Assembly (NCBI RefSeq): GCF_000014785.1
Contig: NC_008340.1
Location: forward strand, 1,830,001-1,862,000
Reading direction: 5' to 3'
DNA: 32,000 bases
Source of the DNA: Alkalilimnicola ehrlichii MLHE-1
GTDB lineage: Bacteria > Pseudomonadota > Gammaproteobacteria > Nitrococcales > Halorhodospiraceae
Shown here: positions 26,731-32,000 of the stretch, one piece after another
Layout of the letters: the number at the start of each line of letters is the position of its first letter
Position numbering within the stretch: the stretch's first letter is position 1
Position numbers and translations under genes: made by a program
Notes under the pieces: generated by a model
Told to the model about the DNA's origin: nothing
Seen by the model: the letters and a program-made list of their open reading frames with translations, nothing else
Databases searched by the model: none

Positions 26731-27300
26731 TCAGGGCCGCCAAATGCGGCTTTGGAAGGCGGCATCCACCTCGGGCCCAAAGAGGTGGTTGGAGTAATTG
26801 CTGAGGGTCTTGACCGCCAGTGCCAGGATCACGCCAAGGATGTGCTTCTCTTCGTAGCCAGCCTCGAGAAAGGCGTTTACATCGGCCGTGTCCGGCCGGC
26901 CGCGGGTGTCACGCATCACCTCGGTGAACCGACGCAGGGCCTCCAGCCGCTCATCCGGCAACGGCTCGCCGTCGCGCAGCGCATCCGTGACCTCGGTGGG
27001 CACGCCGGACATGCTGTCGGCAATGACACTGTGGGCGGCCATGCAGTAATCGCAGCCGTTGCCGCGGCTGATGGTCAGGAAGATGACCTCCTGCTCCTGG
27101 GGTGAGAAACCGGCTTCGGCGCGAAACCGCTCGTAGCCGGTCATGTAGGTCTCCAGCAGGGCGGGGAGATTCGCCATGCCGGCGTACATATTGGGCACGA
27201 AGCCCAGGTTCTCCCGGGCCTTTTTCAGGGGGGCGGCGACCGCCGGATCGCTATCCTCCGTCGTCCGGAGGGGCAGGTTCATTTGATAGGGCGCACGCAT
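26731..27300 (-). CDS. Carboxymuconolactone decarboxylase / AhpD-like peroxidase-related family protein
   Basis: 189 aa with 'FLTISRGNGCDYCMAAHSVIADSM' (CxxC...H). GGAG RBS. Confidence 0.85.
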   Translation of the reverse strand: MRAPYQMNLPLRTTEDSDPAVAAPLKKARENLGFVPNMYAGMANLPALLETYMTGYERFRAEAGFSPQEQEVIFLTISRGNGCDYCMAAHSVIADSMSGVPTEVTDALRDGEPLPDERLEALRRFTEVMRDTRGRPDTADVNAFLEAGYEEKHILGVILALAVKTLSNYSNHLFGPEVDAAFQSRIWRP

Positions 27301-27483
27301 AGAAAGGACTCCTCGGTGATGGCCAGGGGTAAAGATCCAGCCCTGTCAACTCTAGGCGCGGGGAGGCCCCGGAGCCATACGCAGGACTACGTAGCCGCGG
27401 TGGCCACCGCCGGTGGTGTCCCCCGGCGGCCGCTGACGCCCCTGCGCGGCAACGGCCCCGGGTTTCGATACCCTCATGACGGG

Positions 27484-27873
27484 TCACCCTTCGAGGATCC
27501 GCGGTCCATGCTCCAGCACACTGTGCCGGCCGTGGCGCGGGCCGGAGCGGGCCTGCTCGCCCTGACGGTCCAGGCTGGCCGCCTTGCGGGCCTCGGTACG
27601 CTCCCGCACGTCGTTCAGGTGGCGCTGATAGTTCTCACCGACCAGCACCTGGCCCTCGGAACGCACCTCAGCGCCATTGGCGCGGATATACCGCAGGTAG
27701 GTCTGGTAGTTCTCGCCCACCCGGGCGCCGTCGCTGGCAAACTGGGCCGACGGCGCATTGGCCACCACCTGGAAGGTGTGCGTGGTCCAGTTCTCGGCGG
27801 AGGCCACACCACTGAGGGCCAGGCCGGCGCCGAGGGTCAGGGCGGTCGTGGTTTTCAGGATCAAGGTTTTCAT
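27484..27873 (-). CDS. Small predicted secreted/periplasmic protein with an internal repeat
   Basis: Signal peptide 'MKTLILKTTTALTLGAGLALSGVASA-EN'; repeat units 'VGENYQTYLRYIR' and 'VGENYQRHLNDVR'. ATG at 27873 after a GGAGAAG RBS. Confidence 0.65.
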   Translation of the reverse strand: MKTLILKTTTALTLGAGLALSGVASAENWTTHTFQVVANAPSAQFASDGARVGENYQTYLRYIRANGAEVRSEGQVLVGENYQRHLNDVRERTEARKAASLDRQGEQARSGPRHGRHSVLEHGPRILEG

Positions 27874-28084
27874 GGTCTTCTCCTTCCGCTGTGTCAAAGG
27901 TGGATCACCGATCCGGGATCCCTGCCTTGTATCCGGACCAGGCGACTGGCCCGTCGCGTCCGGGCCCCTGTTGGGCTTTCCCCGAACGCACCTTCAGCTT
28001 AGGGAGAAGACCCCTTGTGCGTAATTCGTCGGAATACCTAGCGGTTAACACATAGAAAGGCAACGACCGCGCACCGGCGGCCGC

Positions 28085-31000
28085 TCAGGCCACCTCCTTC
28101 CAGGCCGCCTTCAAGCGCTTCTCTGACACCTTTTCCCGGGCCCCCACCTCTTGCGCAAAGAGCGAGACGCGGTACTCCTCCAGCAGCCAGCGGAAGCGCT
28201 CTAGGGCAGGGTCGGGTTTGCCTTGGGCCTCCCGGCGACTCTGGCGCTCACGCCAGCGCTCCCACCAGGGCCGGATACTGCGCAGAGGCGTACGATCCCG
28301 GCCCGGGTCCTGCCGCAGCTTTTCCACCCGCCGCTCCAGGGCCCGCAGGTAGCGGGGCAACTCGGCCAGGTACTCCGGCGGTGTCTGCTGGAGAAAGCCC
28401 GGGTAGACCAGGCATTCCAAGTGCTCCTGCAGGTCCTTGAGGCTGTCCATCAGTGCCAGGGCGTTGAACTGCTTCAGGGCTTTGCGGATGGCCTGGTAGC
28501 GTCCCAGCACCTCCTCCAGCCCCTCCGCCAGCCGTTGGGCGTTCTCCACCAGTCGCGGCCGGCCCCGTTCCAGGCGCTGCCGGAAGGCCGCCTCCGTGCG
28601 CGGCGGGGCGTCGCCGAGGAAGGTCCGGTCGACGGCGGCATGGACCAGCTCCCGCTTCAGATCCTCGTCGGACCCGAGACCGCGGTAGGCCAGACGCAGC
28701 CGGTCCAGGCCCGGCAGCCCCCGGCGGAGATAGCGCACCTGCTGGGGCAGCGCCAGCATATACAGGCGGCGTACGCCGGCCCGGTGCTGGCGCTCCGCCT
28801 CATCGGGACTGTCAGCCAGGGTGAGGCGGACCGAGCTCTCCTCGTCCACCAGACACGGGTATCCGCGGATGGTCAGCCCGTTACGCCCGATCTCAACGGC
28901 CTCCGGCAGATCGCCGAAGTCCCATGTCGTGATGCCCTCGCGGGTCCATTCCGAGGCCCCGCCGCCGGAGGCGGAGAAGCTCTCACTGGCCTGATCCCCC
29001 AGCCCCTGCTGGAGGGCCGCCAAGTCACTGCCCGTACGCAGGGTGTTGCCCTGTTCATCGAGCACGCGGTAGTGCATGCGCAGGTGCTCGGGCAGGGCCA
29101 CCGCATCCAGCGCACCCGGGGGAATGTCCACGCCGGTCATCCGCTTGAGCTGGCGCGCCACCGCATCGGTCAGGGACCCCTCGCCATGGGGAATGGCCTC
29201 GAGCACGGCGCGGGCAAAATCGGGCGCCGGGACGAAGTTGCGCCGGATGGCCTTAGGCAGCCCCCGGATCAGGGCCACCACTTTTTCGTGCACCAGGCCG
29301 GGGACCAGCCACTCGAACGGCTCCGGGCGCAACTGGTTGAGGGCCGCCACCGGCACCCGCGCCACCACCCCGTCCAGCTCGCTGCCCGGCTCCAGGTGGT
29401 ACTCCAGCGGCAGCTCCAAGCCGCCGGGCAGGCGCAGTCGGTCCGGGTAGGCCTCACCGGAGACCGGATCGGCGTCGTCACGCATCAGCGCCTCACGGCT
29501 CATGTGCAGGCGCTTTGGATCATCCCGGCTGACCTCCCCGAGCCAGCGCTCGAAGGCGGCCCCGCTGTAGATGCCCTCGGGGATACGCTGGTCGTAGAAC
29601 CGGAAGCGGGTCTCCTCGTCCACCAGCACATCCCGGCGCCGGGCCTTGGCCTCCAGGCGCTCGATCTCCTCGATCAGCCGCCGGTTGTGCTCCCAGAACG
29701 GGGCCCGGGTGCGGTACTCGCCCTGAACCAGCGCCTCCCGGATGAAGATGGCCCGGGCCACCGGCGGGTCTATGGGGCCGTAGTTGACCCGGCGCTGACT
29801 GGCGAGCACCAGACCGTAGAGGGTGACCTTCTCGTACGCGGCCACCTGGGCGGGTTTCTTCTCCCAGTGGGGCTCGGCATAGCTGCGACTGACCAGGTGG
29901 GCCGCGGTCTGCTCGATCCACTCCGGCTTCACCTCCGCCGCCGTCCGGGCGAACAGCCGACTGGTCTCGACGAACTCCGCGGCCACGATCCACTTGGGGT
30001 TACGCTTGAACTGGCCGGAACCTGGGAAGATCATCAGCTTCACCCCGCGCGGACCGAGATACTCCTTGTTTTCATGGTGTTGTGCGATATTGCTGACCAA
30101 TCCCGCGAGCAGCGCGCGGTGGAGGGCCTCATAGTGGGTATCCAGCCACTCGGCGCACTGCTCCGTGGTCACGGTGTGCGGGCGGGCCAGCGGCGAGGCG
30201 GCCGCCCCTTCGCTCCCGGTGGAGCGCAGGGGCCGGCCCGGCCCGCCCCCTGCGCCCTTGCGGTCCGCGCCGCCGGACAGGCCACTCACCAGCTCTCGGA
30301 TCTGGCGGTGGATATCCAGCCACTCGCGCATCCGGTGCGGGCTCAGGAAGCGCTCGCGACACCATTGGCGAAGCTGGCGGTTACTGAGCCGGCGCTTCTG
30401 GCGGTGGTAGTCCTGCCAGAGCAGCACCAGCGAGAGGAAGTCACTCTTCCCGTGCCGCCACTGGGCGTGCGCCTGATCGGCGGCCTGCTGGGCGTCCAGG
30501 GGCCGCTCACGCGGGTCCTGGACCGAGAGTGCGGCGGCGATCACCAGCACCTCGTCCAGCACCCCCTGCTCGCGGGCAGCCAGCAACATCCGCCCTACCG
30601 GCGGGTCCAGCGGCAGTCTTGCCAGTTGGCGTCCAAGGGCGGTGAGTTCGCGATCCTCCGTCACCGCGCCGAGTTCGTGCAGCAGTTTGAACCCATCGTT
30701 GACGAACTTGTGCTCCGGCGGCTCGACGAAGGGAAACCGCTGGATATCCCCCAGGCCCAGGGCCTTCATCTGCAGGATGACGGCGGCCAGGTTGGTGCGC
30801 TGGATCTCGGGGTCGGTGAACGCCGAACGGCCCGCAAAGTCCTCCTCGCTGTACAGGCGGATGGCCACCCCCGGGGCCTCCCGGCCGCAGCGCCCGGCCC
30901 GCTGATTGGCGGAGGCCTGGCTGATCGGTTCGATGGGCAGACGCGAGACCTTGGTCCGGTAACTGTAGCGGTTAATGCGGGCGTAGCCGGAGTCCACTAC

Positions 31001-32000
31001 GTACCGGATGCCGGGCACGGTGACCGAAGTCTCGGCCACGTTGGTGGCCAGCACCACCCGACGGCCACCCCCCTTAGGGTTGAACACGCGCTGCTGCTCA
31101 GCGGCGGAGAGGCGGGCATACAAGGGCAGGACCTCGGTGTGCGGAGGGTGTTTCTTGCGCAGCGCTTCGGTGCACTCGCGGATCTCCCGCTCACCGGAGA
31201 GGAACACCAGCACGTCCCCCTGCCCCGGCTCCCGGGCCAGCTCATGCACCGCCTCCACCACGGCCCCAGGCAGGTCCTCGTCGCGCTCGTCCTCGTCGTC
31301 CACCATGGGCCGGTAGCGCACCTCCACCGGGTAGGTGCGGCCGCTGACCTCCAGGATCGGCGCCTCATCGAAATGCTTGGAGAAGCGCTCCGGGTCGATG
31401 GTGGCGGAGGTGATGATGACCTTCAGATCCGGCCGGCGGGGCAGCAGGCGCTTGAGGTAGCCGAGGATGAAGTCGATGTTGAGGCTGCGCTCGTGGGCCT
31501 CGTCGATAATCAGGGTGTCGTAGGCGTCCAAATGGCGGTCGCGCTGGATCTCTGCCAGGAGCATGCCGTCGGTGAGCAGTTTGAGGTGGGTACGCTCGCT
31601 CACCTGATCGGTGAAGCGCACCTTGTAGCCCACCGCCTCACCCAGCGCCGTCCCCAGCTCGTCGCTGATCCGCTGAGCGAGCGTGCGCGCCGCCAGGCGC
31701 CGCGGCTGGGTGTGGCCGATCCAACCGTGTACCCCGCGGCCCAGCGCCATGCAGATCTTAGGGATCTGGGTGGATTTCCCTGAGCCGGTGGCCCCGCAGA
31801 TCACCACCACCTGGTGGTCGCGGATCGCCTCACGCAGGTCGTCCAGCCGCTGGTTGACGGGCAGCGACGGGTCAAAGCGGGGGCTGGGCAGGTTCGCCGC
31901 GCGGGTCTCGGCCCGTTGGCAGGCCACGGCGATGTCCCGCTCCAGCTTCACCAACCCCTTGTCGAAGGGCTTGCCGTCGTGGGCACGACGCTCCAGGCCG
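28085..32000 (-). CDS. hrpA: ATP-dependent RNA helicase HrpA, N-terminus beyond the window edge
   Basis: 'VVVICGATGSGKSTQIPKICMALGRG', 'LIIDEAHERSLNIDFILGYLK', 'SATIDPERFS', 'NQRAGRCGREAPG'. The track starts at TTG 31954, but the frame stays open to the edge (GLERRAHDGKPFDKGLVKLERD). Confidence 0.93.
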   Translation of the reverse strand, partial: GLERRAHDGKPFDKGLVKLERDIAVACQRAETRAANLPSPRFDPSLPVNQRLDDLREAIRDHQVVVICGATGSGKSTQIPKICMALGRGVHGWIGHTQPRRLAARTLAQRISDELGTALGEAVGYKVRFTDQVSERTHLKLLTDGMLLAEIQRDRHLDAYDTLIIDEAHERSLNIDFILGYLKRLLPRRPDLKVIITSATIDPERFSKHFDEAPILEVSGRTYPVEVRYRPMVDDEDERDEDLPGAVVEAVHELAREPGQGDVLVFLSGEREIRECTEALRKKHPPHTEVLPLYARLSAAEQQRVFNPKGGGRRVVLATNVAETSVTVPGIRYVVDSGYARINRYSYRTKVSRLPIEPISQASANQRAGRCGREAPGVAIRLYSEEDFAGRSAFTDPEIQRTNLAAVILQMKALGLGDIQRFPFVEPPEHKFVNDGFKLLHELGAVTEDRELTALGRQLARLPLDPPVGRMLLAAREQGVLDEVLVIAAALSVQDPRERPLDAQQAADQAHAQWRHGKSDFLSLVLLWQDYHRQKRRLSNRQLRQWCRERFLSPHRMREWLDIHRQIRELVSGLSGGADRKGAGGGPGRPLRSTGSEGAAASPLARPHTVTTEQCAEWLDTHYEALHRALLAGLVSNIAQHHENKEYLGPRGVKLMIFPGSGQFKRNPKWIVAAEFVETSRLFARTAAEVKPEWIEQTAAHLVSRSYAEPHWEKKPAQVAAYEKVTLYGLVLASQRRVNYGPIDPPVARAIFIREALVQGEYRTRAPFWEHNRRLIEEIERLEAKARRRDVLVDEETRFRFYDQRIPEGIYSGAAFERWLGEVSRDDPKRLHMSREALMRDDADPVSGEAYPDRLRLPGGLELPLEYHLEPGSELDGVVARVPVAALNQLRPEPFEWLVPGLVHEKVVALIRGLPKAIRRNFVPAPDFARAVLEAIPHGEGSLTDAVARQLKRMTGVDIPPGALDAVALPEHLRMHYRVLDEQGNTLRTGSDLAALQQGLGDQASESFSASGGGASEWTREGITTWDFGDLPEAVEIGRNGLTIRGYPCLVDEESSVRLTLADSPDEAERQHRAGVRRLYMLALPQQVRYLRRGLPGLDRLRLAYRGLGSDEDLKRELVHAAVDRTFLGDAPPRTEAAFRQRLERGRPRLVENAQRLAEGLEEVLGRYQAIRKALKQFNALALMDSLKDLQEHLECLVYPGFLQQTPPEYLAELPRYLRALERRVEKLRQDPGRDRTPLRSIRPWWERWRERQSRREAQGKPDPALERFRWLLEEYRVSLFAQEVGAREKVSEKRLKAAWKEVA

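Noticed and set aside
28223-31783. 1186-aa plus-strand ORF
   Set aside because: Lies entirely antisense to hrpA, whose translation is unambiguous. The product is rich in Q/H/G/R with no recognisable motifs, a typical shadow ORF in high-GC DNA.
28085-32000. HrpA helicase as a possible anti-phage component
   Set aside because: It matches the full-length housekeeping HrpA architecture and no associated defence genes are visible.

Overview
High-GC proteobacterial chromosomal segment (probably gammaproteobacterial, by inference), densely packed with ordinary protein-coding genes. I saw no rRNA, tRNA, CRISPR array, transposase or integrase. Left part (1-10 kb): a GTPase, a fused adenylation / acyl-carrier / PlsC acyltransferase protein, a 41-aa membrane protein absent from the supplied ORF track, a MarC-like protein, a glycosyltransferase C-terminal remnant beside an internally deleted PAP2 protein, MobB, a DUF3524/QTMAN-type glycosyltransferase, a class I glutamine amidotransferase, Smr, ArfB, a CopD-like protein and a SAM methyltransferase. 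Middle (10-16 kb): YaiI/DUF188, RhlE, a Gcr-type ('site-specific recombinase', PF10136-like) membrane protein, a cystathionine lyase/synthase-family enzyme and a PEBP protein. The most interesting part is 16.0-26.7 kb: eight co-directional genes comprising an orphan KaiB, PAS-GGDEF, PAS-PAS-GAF-GGDEF, a MASE1 histidine kinase, a FixJ-type regulator, a degenerate-GGDEF/EAL protein, a Na+/solute symporter and a metallophosphoesterase-like protein with a degenerate first metal motif. Right part: a CxxC AhpD/CMD-family protein, a small secreted protein with an internal repeat, and HrpA running off the edge. No clearly new defence or mobile system is visible. The best leads are the KaiB/c-di-GMP cluster, the fused lipid enzyme with its small membrane protein, and the rearranged GT/PAP2 locus.
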